Part shown: piece after piece, positions 13,397-25,040 of the stretch
Layout of the letters: every line of letters starts with the position of its first letter
Position numbering within the stretch: the stretch's first letter is position 1
Assembly: GCF_006345805.1 (NCBI RefSeq)
Contig: NC_043001.1
Span: forward strand, 106,640,001 to 106,704,000
Origin: Octopus sinensis
Lineage: Eukaryota
Direction of reading: 5' to 3'
DNA length: 64,000 nucleotides
The notes under the pieces: generated by a model
Told to the model about the DNA's origin: nothing
What the model saw: the letters and a program-made list of their open reading frames with translations, nothing else
Database searches by the model: none
Position numbers and translations under genes: made by a program

Positions 13397-13508
13397 TATG
13401 TGTGTGTATATATACACACACATACATATAATTATATATATATATACACACATATATACGACGGGCATTTTTCAGCTTCCGTCTACCAAATCTACTCACA
13501 AGACTTTG
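13262..13508. repeat. Local inverted duplication of a SINE A segment around a microsatellite loop
   Basis: Arms of about 80 bp with 2 mismatches, sharing non-consensus variants. Confidence 0.8.
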
Positions 13509-14024
13509 GTCGGCCCGTGGCTATAGTAGAAGGCACTTGCCCAAGATGCCCCGCAGTAAGAATGAACCCGGAGCTTTGTAGTTGAGAAGCAAGCTTCTTA
13601 CCACACACCCACCATTTTTACGAGAATGAATTTTATCTCATATTTTGATAACACTATTTTTCTAATATATGTGAAGGCACGTAGCTTCTTGTTTAGTGAT
13701 ATTCGGATCACGATCGTAACGTCGGAGCTTCGACTCCCGGAGGGGCCGTTGCGTCCTTGAGCAAAACACTTCGTTTTACGTTGTTCCAGTTCACTCAACT
13801 GGCAAAAACGAGTTGTACCAGTCATTTAATGGGCCTGCCGGCGGACTGCCGGATGCTTTTTTTTTTTTCGAATATATTTCTAAATACTTTACATAAAAAA
13901 ATTGTCAGTGCTTACCTATTTACCTGACATCGGATGAGTAAGAATTATACTAATAATTTAATTAGATTATTTATTTCAAAGGTATATCAACATTAAAAAA
14001 TGAAGGTGACAAGCTGGCCGAATC

Positions 14025-14222
14025 GTTAACACACCGAAAAAAAATGCTTAGCGACATTTCATCCGTCCTTTCATTCTGAGTTCAAATTCTGCTGAGATTG
14101 ACTTTGCTTTCATTCTTTCGGGGTCGATAAAATAAGTACCACTTGTGCACTGGGGTCGATGTAATCGACTTGCCCCTATTTTGATATAGTGCTGGCCTCG
14201 TGCCAAAATTTGAGACCAATAT
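14025..14222 (+). mobile_element. SINE family B copy
   Basis: Family B head and core. Confidence 0.8.
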
Positions 14223-15619
14223 TAAAATCTATGAAGTGCAAAATAATACGTGACCTGAAGTTTACCACGTTGTTTTATTCAATTAAGAATTTATGCTAAT
14301 TACTAATAACGTAATTAAGAGATTATATGAGCACGTTCAGTGAAAGGTGGCGGTTTTGTTTCTCTTCCCGGAATATCCTCTTTTAGTTCTTGAATATGCA
14401 GATGATCACTGGAACTTTAGCTGCATCACAGGCATGGGTATATGTGTGTGAGTGTGAGTGTACATATGTATATGCGCGTATCTAATCGTAATTGCATACA
14501 TATATACATAGAGGCACACACACGTACACACACATACATACATACTCGTACATATGTATGTGCGTATATATATATTCGTGTATGTAACTATGAATACATA
14601 CATATGTACATAGACACAAACATATATACACACATACAAACATGCATCCATACATATGCACACATACATACATACATACATACATACATACATACATACA
14701 TACATACATACATACATACATACATACACACATACATATATATATATACTCGTACATATGTATGTGCGTATATGTGTATGTGTTTGTGTTTGTGTGTGTT
14801 ATCCCTGTAGCAAGGTAACATTGCTATTTTCTGAAGAATTCAGTTAATTTTAAGCATGTTGTATTTTGTGTGTGTATAAATAGTTCTTTGCCATCATTTA
14901 TAGACTTTTATCGAAGTGTATATCTCAACTGCGTAGCTTCGAGGTTGATAACGTTGATATCATTATTGAATTTAATTGGCATTTGTATATAGTTGGATTA
15001 AAATATTAGGCGTAAAGGTTAAAATAAAATTAAAGAGATGAGCAAACAGAGATACCTACTGTTTAATACCTCCAGCTAAAAACCATTCAGCGAGATACAA
15101 ACGGGTTTCTTCAGCGGAGAAATTATCTTTTGCATTGAAGATGTTCTGCTTTGTTAGAATGAGACCAAAATCTAACATGCAATAGAACTATTCTGTCACA
15201 TACGCTGATAGTATCTCTGATCGGCAGCTAGAGGCTACTCATTGTCACTAATAGCAACAAAGGAAGATGTACCTTTTATTCTTGATACGGAATTAAGTTT
15301 ACTTTCGTTTTTTTTTTTTTCGTTTTTTTTCGTCGTTGATATAGTGTCTTCGTAATGTGATTGTATTTCTAATTATCAGGTATTCTCCTCTCCCTCCAGC
15401 GATCATATTCTGACATCCTGGATATTCAGCTTGGACAAGAACTACTGAACGTTTGTTTTTGTTTGCTACAACGTAAGACCCTAAGACAATTAGTAAAAGT
15501 ATGGTATCCTTCATTCGCAGCATCACCGCCATCTAATTTCATTGTCTTCCGGTTGTACAGTAGCAGTTATTCCCACAAACAAATTTATTTTTGGAGCAGT
15601 TGTATACTGTCAACTTAAC

Positions 15620-15843
15620 GTGACAGTCCCATAAAGGGAATCACACCACCGCTATTTAGCCCTAGGAAGCACCAACGCTTCCTGTCGGCCTTGACACATT
15701 TCCTGTGTCCTTATGTTTACAAAGGGGAGACAAGCACCCCCATCCAGCTAAGCCTGCATCCAGAGACATGTTTCTGAGTCTTGCTCGTCATCAGTCTGGA
15801 GTAGCATGGTCTGCTAGCTGAAGATGCTTGTCTAGACTTTGTA

Positions 15844-15848
<5 letters not shown>
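15620..15848 (-). mobile_element. Structured ~230-nt hammerhead-bearing element (PLE pseudo-LTR or retrozyme-like)
   Basis: Long interrupted hairpin 15713-15848 carrying the hammerhead, plus hairpins at 15664-15683 (7 bp) and 15693-15709 (6 bp). Abuts (TA)n. Confidence 0.6.
15755..15806 (-). ncRNA. Type I minimal hammerhead ribozyme with intact core
   Basis: Minus strand UCCAGA-CUGAUGA-CGAG CAAGA CUCA-GAAAC-AU-GUC/UCUGGA. Stem I is 6 bp, stem II 3 bp (GAG/CUC) with a C-A mismatch at its base, stem III is the palindromic ACAUGU. GUC cleavage triplet, predicted cut between 15765 and 15764. Confidence 0.8.
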
Positions 15849-15899
<51 letters not shown>

Positions 15900-16481
15900 A
15901 TATATATAATTTCAGTGAAGTATATTCACTGATCATTGAATTCTTGTTGACAGTATACAACTGCTCCATTGTTCCGCCACTACTTATATCTCTCTGAGAT
16001 ATTTAGAAATTTAATATTTCAAAATTTATTTTTTGCTCTTAGATATTTGGTTGTTCCACAATGCCGCCTTTGACTTAAGAAGGTCTTTGGCTGTTGGTCT
16101 TTGACTATTTCATAGAATAATGCTAATGTGCATTAAGTGTTAGTTTCATCTGAATCAGGGTAAGCATTACCAGCGTGAAGAAGTATTTCTTAATAAATAT
16201 ATAAATTTTGATGAACGGGCTCAGCCGATCAAATTATAGAAAGCGAATTTCTAGTGGCTTGAGCGTGCATTTTATATCCGTTGTACACGAAGCTTTAATA
16301 TAAACTCAACAATTACATAAACATCTACGTATACCGGGACTGCGACAGAAGAGTCTTGCTCAAAGAGATTTCTAAACTCACACCTCAACTGCCGATGTTT
16401 ATAAAATACAGAAGTGTTCTGAACGTACTCACAAATAATCTCGTTTAGCATAATGTTGTAAAGTGCTTGTAGGTATTTCCA

Positions 16482-16722
16482 AGCCTAGTGTTTATTCTAG
16501 CGGCCTCTTTTGCCGAACTGCTAAGTTACGGGCAAGTAAACACACCAATACCGGTTGCCAAGCGATGGCGGGAGGACAAACACAAACGCAACTTTTTCCA
16601 GTTTCCGTCTACCAAATCCACTCAAGGCTTTGGTCGGCCCAAGGGTATAGTAGAAGTGGGACTGAACCTGGAACCATGTTGTTGGGAAGCAAGCTTCTTA
16701 CCACACAGCCACAACTGCGCCT
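16482..16722 (-). mobile_element. SINE family A copy (internally deleted)
   Basis: Reverse complement of family A. Confidence 0.75.
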
Positions 16723-16905
16723 ATATAAACATAAATTTTTAATATATATTTAATTTCTGGTATTCATTTATTTCGTCTATTTTTAAAATAAAATATTTAT
16801 TCACATAAAGACAAGTATTATATATAGGTATATGTGTGAGAAAGAGGAGAAAAAGAGAGGGAGGGAAGGAGAACGGGAAAGAGGGAGAGAGAGAGAGAGA
16901 GAGAG

Positions 16906-16950
<45 letters not shown>

Positions 16951-17313
16951 ATACAACCAGCTTTAACAATTATTATGCTAATAGTTCGCTCGGTTAGAGG
17001 TGATACTGTGGCCTCTAAACGACAGCAACATCACGCTTTGTCTCTTAACACGGTGCCACTATTCATTAAACACATTCTTCGGAATGAAATCGCTGACAAA
17101 TTTATGAAGAGTGAAATTATAACAAGACTGGAGCTAAACTTGTCTTTATACATTAGTGATAAAAGTAAACTTCTCGGTTTCTCTTTCCAGTTCATAATCA
17201 TTCATTGAGGTGCAAGCCGCTTAATATAATCGGAGATAGTTATTGGTTTTAAATTTCGGTACAAGGCCAGCGATTTCGGGGAAGGTAGTAAGTCAATTAT
17301 ATCGACCCCAGTA

Positions 17314-17553
17314 AATAAATAAGGGCAGCGAGCTGGCAGAAACGTTAGCACGCCGGGCGAAATGCGTAGCCGTATTTCGTCTGCCGTTACGTTCTGAGTT
17401 CAAATTCCGCCGAGGTCGACTTTGCCTTTCATCCTTTCGGGGTCGATAAATTAAGTACCAGTTACGCACTGGGGTCGATGTAATCGACTTAATCCATTCG
17501 TCTGTCCTTGTTCGTCCCCTCTGTGTTTAGTCCCTTGTGGGTAGTAAAGAAAT
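17314..17553 (+). mobile_element. Young SINE family B copy with 17-bp TSD, nested in an older antisense family B copy
   Basis: TSD TTATATCGACCCCAGTA at 17297-17313 and 17554-17570. Confidence 0.9.
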
Positions 17554-18349
17554 TTATATCGACCCCAGTATCCAACTGGTACTTATTTTATTGACATCAA
17601 AATAAACGACCCATAACTCACCAAAATTCCTTAACAAACACAAAGAAGCCTTCACAATGTGTAAACACAAATTCTTCCGCACTTTTAAATTCTTCCATAA
17701 ATCCAAATGTAAATTCACCCCACCCCACACCCGACGCATAACACTCACATACATACTTCCATCATCTTTAACGCATACCCTTGTATATCTTTTCTATCAA
17801 CCTTATATATACACACGCGTAAAAATATACAGTAAAGTAGAATTCAATCTCTCTTTTACAACCACGTGTAATATATCAAAACACTCTGCAGTGAATGCAG
17901 TTTTGATCAAGGAGTAAATTTATCAAATATTAATTATAATAAAGGGTAAAAATCATTAATGATTTTACCAGGGGTGTCAGCGCGAAAATAAAAACCTTAT
18001 AGGTAAATTTTACATATATTTTAATAGTAATATACTTAATTATAACAAGGGGTTGGCTATATGCCTCTCCGCGCGCTACAGAAATAGACGCCAAAAGACG
18101 CTATTGCCACCTTAAAAAATTATGAAGGCTTTCATAAGATATTTAGTGGTTCTAACTTCAATAATGAGAACACCATATTGGATTGTTTGGGGAATCGATC
18201 CGACATTCTTCTGCTCAAAATTTACTTTTACTGTCATTGTTGTATTCTTTAGATCTTTTATTATTTCATTTTCTTGGAAATAATTGCATTCCTTCTAATC
18301 CACTTTTTCTGGATCGTTTATTTTCATGCATACAATTGTTATTCTCAAG

Positions 18350-18990
18350 ATATAAGAAGTCTGCTTTCCAACCACATGGTTCCGAGTTCAGTCCGACTGC
18401 ATGGCATCTTATGCAAGTACCGTCTACTATATCCCTGGGCCGACCAAAGCCTTGTGAGTAGATTTGGTAAACGGAAACTAAAAGAAGCCCATCGTATGTA
18501 TGTGTGTGTGTGTGTTGGCGTCTGTGTTTATCCCCGATCTCCGCTTCACAACCGGTGTTGGTGTGTTTATGTCCTCTTACTCCAGAAATTCAAGAAGCAG
18601 CTAAAACGCGTGACTGTGTTGCAGGAAGTTTGGTTCGCTACCACATGGTTCCAGGTTCAGTCCCACAGCGTGGCACCTTGGGCAAGTGTCTTTTACCGTA
18701 GCTTCGTGCGGATTAAAGCCTCAGTAGTGGATTTGGCAGAAGGAAACTGAAAGAAGCCCGACGTATATATGTGTATGTGTGTGTCTTTGAGAGTGTGTGC
18801 TTGTGTGTGTGTGTGTTTGTGTGTGTCCTCCCAACACCGCTTTATAACCGGTGTTGGTGTGTTTATGTCCCATAACTTAGTAGTTCTGCAAAAGAAACCG
18901 ATGCTATAAGTACCAGGTTTTAAAAAAAGAATAAGTGCCCCAGCATGGCCACAGTCTAATGATTGAAACAAGTAAAAGATAGAAGATAAA
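18350..18990 (+). mobile_element. Two consecutive SINE family A copies
   Basis: Heads near 18350 and 18600, with the tail ending gaaacaagtaaaagatag near 18985. Confidence 0.8.
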
Positions 18991-19174
18991 AGATAATTCT
19001 ACCTTTGTGTGTATCTTTGAAATTTCCCTTTGTCGATTCCAACAAAAGAAAAATGTCAAAATTTGCCAACAATAAATGTTTGGCAGCGGAGCAAGTAATA
19101 CAAGATGTTATTGTGAAGGAGAGTTCACGGGAAAAGAAACAAAAGACAAAGACAGGTGGTGTAAAAAACAAATA

Positions 19175-19305
19175 GCTGTATTAGTATAACGCTCGGGAAT
19201 AGAAAAAGTATTTTACGTTTCGAGCCTACGCTCTTCTACAGAAAGGGACACAGAAAAAACAAGGAGAGAAACAAGGAGAGAAGAAAAATGTGTGTAGTGG
19301 CTCCA
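19175..19305 (-). mobile_element. Penelope-like terminal fragment (same family as 45450)
   Basis: Reverse complement of the 45450 element: ttacgtttcgagcctacgctcttctacagaaagg. Confidence 0.6.
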
Positions 19306-19517
19306 GATACGGATAGTGTGGAGGAAACATCACACGGAAAGAAAGTTCTCCACATCTTTCGGTCCTGCGGGGCGGCGAGCGCTCCTGTGTTCGACTCAGT
19401 TTATTTAAAAAGACTAAATCTATGGTGGATGAATCTGTGTAGTTTAAATGGCTAATACAAAAGTAAATTTTACCTCTGTACCTCTGTAAAATTTAGCATG
19501 GTTTTTTAAACAAACGT

Positions 19518-19923
19518 AGGCTTAGGAGTGGATGTGTGGTAAGTAGCTTCCTTACGAACTACATGGTTCCGGGTTCAGTCCCACTGCCACTTTTGGCAAG
19601 TGTCTTCTAATATAGCCTCGAGCCTACCAAAGCCTTGTGAGTGGATTTGGTAGACGGAAACTGAAAGAAGCTCGTCGTATATATGTGTGTAGATATATGT
19701 GTATGTGTGTGTGTGTGTTTGTATGTCTGTGTTTGTCCCCCAACATCGCTTGACAACCGATGTTGGTGTGTTTACGTCCCCGTAACTTAGCGGTTCAGCA
19801 AAAGTGACCGATAGAATAAGTACTAGGCTTACAAAGAATAAGTCCTGGGGTCGATGTGCTCGACTAAAGGCGGTGCTCCAGCATGGCCACAGTCAAATGA
19901 CTGAAACAAGTAAAAGAGTAAAA
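19518..19923 (+). mobile_element. SINE family A, full-length
   Basis: Head through ctgaaacaagtaaaagagtaaaa. Confidence 0.9.
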
Positions 19924-20144
19924 ACGTCGTTAGCGTTTAACATATGATTGACCGGGCTGTGGGAGAAACCGATGAGTATGAAAATAGTCACGTGCGAGTG
20001 AGTCGGGAGTGAATGAAGAAGCAGAGGTGTGTAGCAAGAGTAACATACAAATGACAAAAGCTGTGCTTCACCTTCTTCTGATTCAAATTTCCTAAACGCT
20101 TGGAAAGTAATTCGGTTTTTGAAGTAATGGTATTAAGAGATGAA

Positions 20145-20363
20145 AAGGCGGCGAGCTGGCAGAAACGTTAGCACGCCGGGCGAAATACTTAGCGGTATTT
20201 CGTCTGCCGCTACGTTCTGAGCTCAAATTCCGCCGAGGTCGACTTTGCCTTTCATCCTTTCGGGGTCGATTAAATAAGTACCAGTTACGCACTGGGGTCG
20301 ATATAATCGACTTAATCTGTTTGTTTTCTCTGTGTCTAGCCCCTTGTGAGTAGTAAAGAAATA
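20145..20363 (+). mobile_element. SINE family B copy with 16-bp TSD
   Basis: TSD GGTATTAAGAGATGAA at 20129-20144 and 20364-20379. Confidence 0.9.
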
Positions 20364-20579
20364 GGTATTAAGAGATGAAGCTTGTATCACTGGTCCGATT
20401 TAGTCTGAGGAAATGTGGAAGAAATGGAACGAAGATATTTTCTGATTAGGCTTTGAAGATGATAAACTTGGGTCTAAATGATGTACAAGCATCAATATTC
20501 CGTAACTGTTCGCTTCTAAGGGTTCAAAGGGATCAAATAAATTTCGGTTATCCCCCAAAGCCTCTTATGGAATCGGTAG

Positions 20580-21320
20580 ATGTATACGCTTGAAGTCTTT
20601 CGGAAAACAAAATTGTTGCTCGCAAACTATCAAAAACCCATATTCCTACTTTTTAAGTGGCGAAAATTAAGCAAATGAAAATGATCCTGGAAAATTATGT
20701 GGCAATAGAAACGCTTTGCATCTAAAAGCAAGCTGTTCAATTTTTCGTTTTACATATTATTTCGAATAACAGACCATACTCTGATCGCTTTAGCTTATTG
20801 GAACTTCAAAGGAAAACTCTATCGACATTGGAATTGGAGTACAATCTTGTACTAGTGCTGCAGAGATAATTAATCACATAGCCATTAACATGAAAATGAA
20901 AATTTGGCAGCATATCAGGCACATAAATGGCAAAATTTCTGTTCTCTTTGATGAGTCAATAAGCCTGGCCATTAAGACCGCCCTAATAGTTTATTTGCAA
21001 TGCGACAGTAATAAGGAAGGTGATCCTTGTTTTATGTGTTAAATCTAAATGAGCTGCCTAATCCGAAAACTGCGACTATTGCTAGCCATTAAGCTGTTTC
21101 GTCGACCATAGTTTGATTACGCTTGCTTTAAACAGAACCTTGTAGCATCTGTGAGCGATAGGGCAAGTATAATACTTGGCATCAAATTTGGTTTCGTAAC
21201 ATTTTATAATAAATATTATCCTAATATGATAATTTGGTTTTGTCTTAATCACACATTAGATGTTGCTGTAGATTATTTGCTGAGAGAAGTTTATGGAATT
21301 AATCATTTTCAATCACTTAG
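20580..21320 (+). mobile_element. Decayed hAT transposase fragment (KIAA1586-like group)
   Basis: Frameshifted peptides KISVLFDESISL...LIVYL and VSDRASIILGIKFG...PNMIIWFCLNHTLDVAVD...INHF, matching hAT DES, SDGASVMLG and CxxH motifs. Confidence 0.7.
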
Positions 21321-21736
21321 GCGGTGAAGTTGTGCAGTTGTTACAGTGTCAGTCGATTTGTTCTGCAGTTTTATTTCGGCTTTTTGCGTCCTTAGTTCAA
21401 ATCCTGACAAAGCCAGCGTTGCTTTTATCAATCAAGGATCTATAATTTAAGCACCAGTCTGGTCAAGTGGAGTGGCTGACGGCATACTATGAATATAATT
21501 TAATAATTGTTTATGTTATATATTATGTTATATTATATTCATAGTATATCATATAATATTATAATATAAATTTATTATTGTATTGTCAATAGTATCTCTC
21601 TATTTTATTTATATTCGTAATTGCGTTATACCCTAATTTATATCCAACTGACGTACCAGTGAATTGGATGTTAAACACACTCCTGTGAAGGAACTCGTTT
21701 CCTCAGTTTGTCACAATATATATGTATGTGTGTGTG

Positions 21737-21783
<47 letters not shown>

Positions 21784-21820
21784 TATATATATATTAAAAA
21801 TAGGGAGAAGATCTGTTTAT

Positions 21821-21880
21821 GGGATTACCTTAGGTTTCCCGACCATAAAGGGTTAGCTTTATGGCGTATCGTCAGATCCC
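21821..21880 (-). ncRNA. Type I hammerhead ribozyme, left arm of palindrome
   Basis: GGGAU-CUGACGA-UACG CCAUAAAG CUAACC CUUUAUGG UCGG-GAAAC-CUAAG-GUA/AUCCC. Stem I 5 bp plus distal GAUCU/AGAUC, 8-bp upper stem II with an irregular base, GUA triplet. Confidence 0.75.
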
Positions 21881-21956
21881 GAAGATCGGTTGGCCCATGA
21901 CCTCTTAAAAATAAGGAGGGAGAAAATTTTAAGATGTCATGGGCCAACAGGTTTTT

Positions 21957-22017
21957 GAGGTCTGACGATACGCCATAAAGCTAAACCCTTTATGGATGGG
22001 AAACCTAAGGTAATCCC
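21957..22017 (+). ncRNA. Type I hammerhead ribozyme, right arm of palindrome (stem I partly decayed)
   Basis: CTGACGA 21962-21968, GAAAC 22000-22004, GTA 22010-22012. Stem I GAGGT/ATCCC has one mismatch and one G-U pair. Confidence 0.6.
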
Positions 22018-22194
22018 ATAAACCAGCCTTCTCCATTTTTAATATATACTGCTCTACATCTTAGAGTCTGCTTCTTCTTTCGGATTTGTTTTTTACAAAC
22101 GATGTATGTGTATGTGTGTGTGTGCGTGCGTGTGCGTGCGTGTGCGTGCTTGTCTGTATATATGTATGTGTGTGAGCGTACGTGCCGCATGTGT

Positions 22195-23010
22195 GAATAC
22201 GACGGGCTTCTACCGGTTTTCGCCTATCAAATTCCTTCACAAGGCTTTCGTCCGCCCGGAGCAGTAGCAGGAGATACTTGCCCAAGGTGGCGTGCAGTGG
22301 GGCTGAACTCTGAACCATGTGGTTTGGAAGAAAACTTCTTAACACAGCCACGCCTGTAAACGACAATTTACTATTAAAGCACAATCGAATTTAGCAGGTC
22401 TTCCCTTATCCATTCTTTAATGGATGACGAGATGCAAATTTGTTCACGATCTCGCGGGAGTTCCTAAACGTCACCTTTAATTTTTTTCTTCTCCGAAACT
22501 GCATAAGTGCAAGCACCCTTTTTCACCGATGGGTGTTAAGGATTTTGTTGGGAAACACTGCTCCAGACATTCAAGAAGCAGCTGAGAAAAGAAGTTTCAA
22601 AATCCTCAACAAGTGTGGCTGTGTGGTAAAAGGTTTGCTTCGCAACCACATGGTTGCAGGTTCGGTCCGACTGCGTAGCACCTTGTGCAAATGCCTTCTG
22701 CTATAACCTCAGGCCGACCAAAGCCTTGTGAGTGGATTTGGTAGACGAAAACTGAAAGAAGCCCATCTGTGTGTGTCTTAGTGTGTGTGCGTGTGTGTAT
22801 GTGTGTGTGTGTGATTATCCCCACCACCGCTTGACAACCAGTGTTGGTGTGTTTATGTCCCGTAACTTAGTGGTTCGGAAGGACACCGATAGAATAGGTA
22901 ACAGGCTTAAAAACAGAACAAAATAAGTACTGGGGTCGATTCATTCGACTAAAATTCTTCAAGGCGGTGCTCCAGCATGGTCGCAGCCTAATAACTGAAA
23001 CAAGTAAAAA
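22195..23010. mobile_element. Divergent SINE family A pair (- at 22195-22356; + at 22612-23010)
   Basis: Family A head in both orientations. Confidence 0.8.
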
Positions 23011-23802
23011 AATAAGTAACCACACAATTGTCATCATTAATCGTCTATAATTCTTTATCAAACCCAAAAACAATTTGCAACACTATGCTAAAGACAAAAG
23101 TTTTCTCAAATTTCTGAAGCCACGTGTATGTTCCAATCCCTGCTAAATGAAATGCGTTTCCTTGATAAAGGCCGCTGACCTTCTGAAATACCTGATTATA
23201 GAGAAGCTGTAACATAATCTCTGAGTGAGGTTTAAAATAGATTTTCTCACTTTGCAATAAATACCTTCAGAGATTATGCGACAGATTGTGGATGCTACAT
23301 TCCCCCCAAGATTTATGCTCATTTCTGAGTTGATAACAACTAATTAACGTTAGTATTACTAAGTTCGAGAGGAAATTCAGTCACAAGAATTTGATCATGG
23401 CAACACGTTTAAGAATTCTCGTAATTCATGCTTTTAACACTTACGTCCAATAAGCTGCGCAAACTTCCGCATTTTCAGCGGAATCACGAGAGTTGTGTGT
23501 CACATCGTGGATGCGGTGCAACAGATAAGGTGATGACACCATGACAGAGATTACTTCAGATTTCTAACCATAAATTACATCGAGCTCATTCTTGAATATT
23601 ATTTTGACACATTCATATCAATTAGTAAGTGGCTAATTACCTTTCAATTGGTGAAAGACACGATCGTCGTAATTGGGTTTACTTATTTGATAATTGTATT
23701 CTACGATAATTAGTGAGTGCAATTTTCCCCGTACACACTTCTAATTGTTTGCTACTAAGTAAGGTAGTTTTATGTGCCCGTTATACATACATGCATACAT
23801 AC

Positions 23803-23861
<59 letters not shown>

Positions 23862-23993
23862 ATAATATATATATATATATAATTGTTAAAGAGGACAATA
23901 AACATTAAGGGGCAAGGCAAACATCTCAAATCGTATACAATATTATTGTACCTAATCGTTTAGATCACTTGTGAACTAAACCCCCATACTTTG

Positions 23994-24042
<49 letters not shown>

Positions 24043-24900
24043 TAGACTTACTAGACTAGACTAGACTATCCGTGACACGTTGGGTCACCAATAGTTCAAG
24101 GTACCCGAAAAAACGCGTATTCAGTAACCTGTGGTTTGGTTTACGCGGAACTGTTTTGTTCCGTTTGTATTCACATGAGCATCCGATTCATGATGTCTCT
24201 TGCTATTGTCTCTTTCCCTCTGTTTTGCCAGACGCTCGGCCCTTGCTTTCTCAGTCTCATCGGTCCTTCTGTTAGCATGGCTGTCCTAATCTTGGGTAAA
24301 TATTTCGTAAAGGACCCATTCGTACTTCAGTGCGAAATATTTTCCACGGATTTTTATGAGTGCATTCAATGTATCTCACCTCCAAACTTAATGCAAACCA
24401 CTTTCTTCCGGAAAAGAAAGGGAGAAGGGTGGTGATCAAACAGACTATCGCTGGTCCCAATGCGCTCTACATCGTTTCAACATTCGAATCATGAAACCCG
24501 GCTGGCGAAATGATGTGCTTTGCTCAAGAACAACGCACTGCTCGGTCCGGAAATCGAACCAACGATCTAGCGTTCGTGACTGTAACATCCCAATGGGCTC
24601 CCTACCTTCACACACACATGCACATGCATGCACGTACACATACTGTGTGTGTATGCATGCATGCATGCATGTATGTATGTACTTTGTATATGTGCATGTG
24701 AGAATGTGTGTATGTATGCATGCACGTGGGTATGTATGTATTTACGTATGCGTGTGTGTATGTGCGTATATATGTATGTAATTATATGTATATGTATGTG
24801 TGCATGTGAGTATGTGAGTATGTGTGTATGTTTATATGTATTTATGTATGTGTGCATGTGTGTATGCATGATGTATGTATGTGTGTATGTATGTATGTAA

Positions 24901-25040
24901 GTAGGTAGGTAGGTAGGTAGGTAGGTAGGTAGGTAGGTAGGTAGGTAGGTAGGTATGTAGGTAGGTAGGTAGGTAGGTAGGTATGTAGGTAGGTAGGTAG
25001 GTAGGTAGGTAGGTAGGTAGGTAGGTAGGTAGGTAGGTGG
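24901..25040. repeat. (TAGG)n microsatellite
   Basis: About 35 units, visible directly. Confidence 0.95.

Larger units (their letters stand above)
21790..22048. mobile_element. Fold-back (MITE-like) element made of two inverted ~120-bp PLE-type termini
   Basis: Arms 21790-21910 and 21927-22048 are reverse complements with scattered mismatches around a 16-nt spacer. Inserted next to (TA)n. Confidence 0.8.

Noticed and set aside
15360-15475. Possible + exon (GILLSLQRSYSDILDIQLGQELLN)
   Set aside because: Ambiguous acceptors and donors, no homology recognised, and no partner exons.
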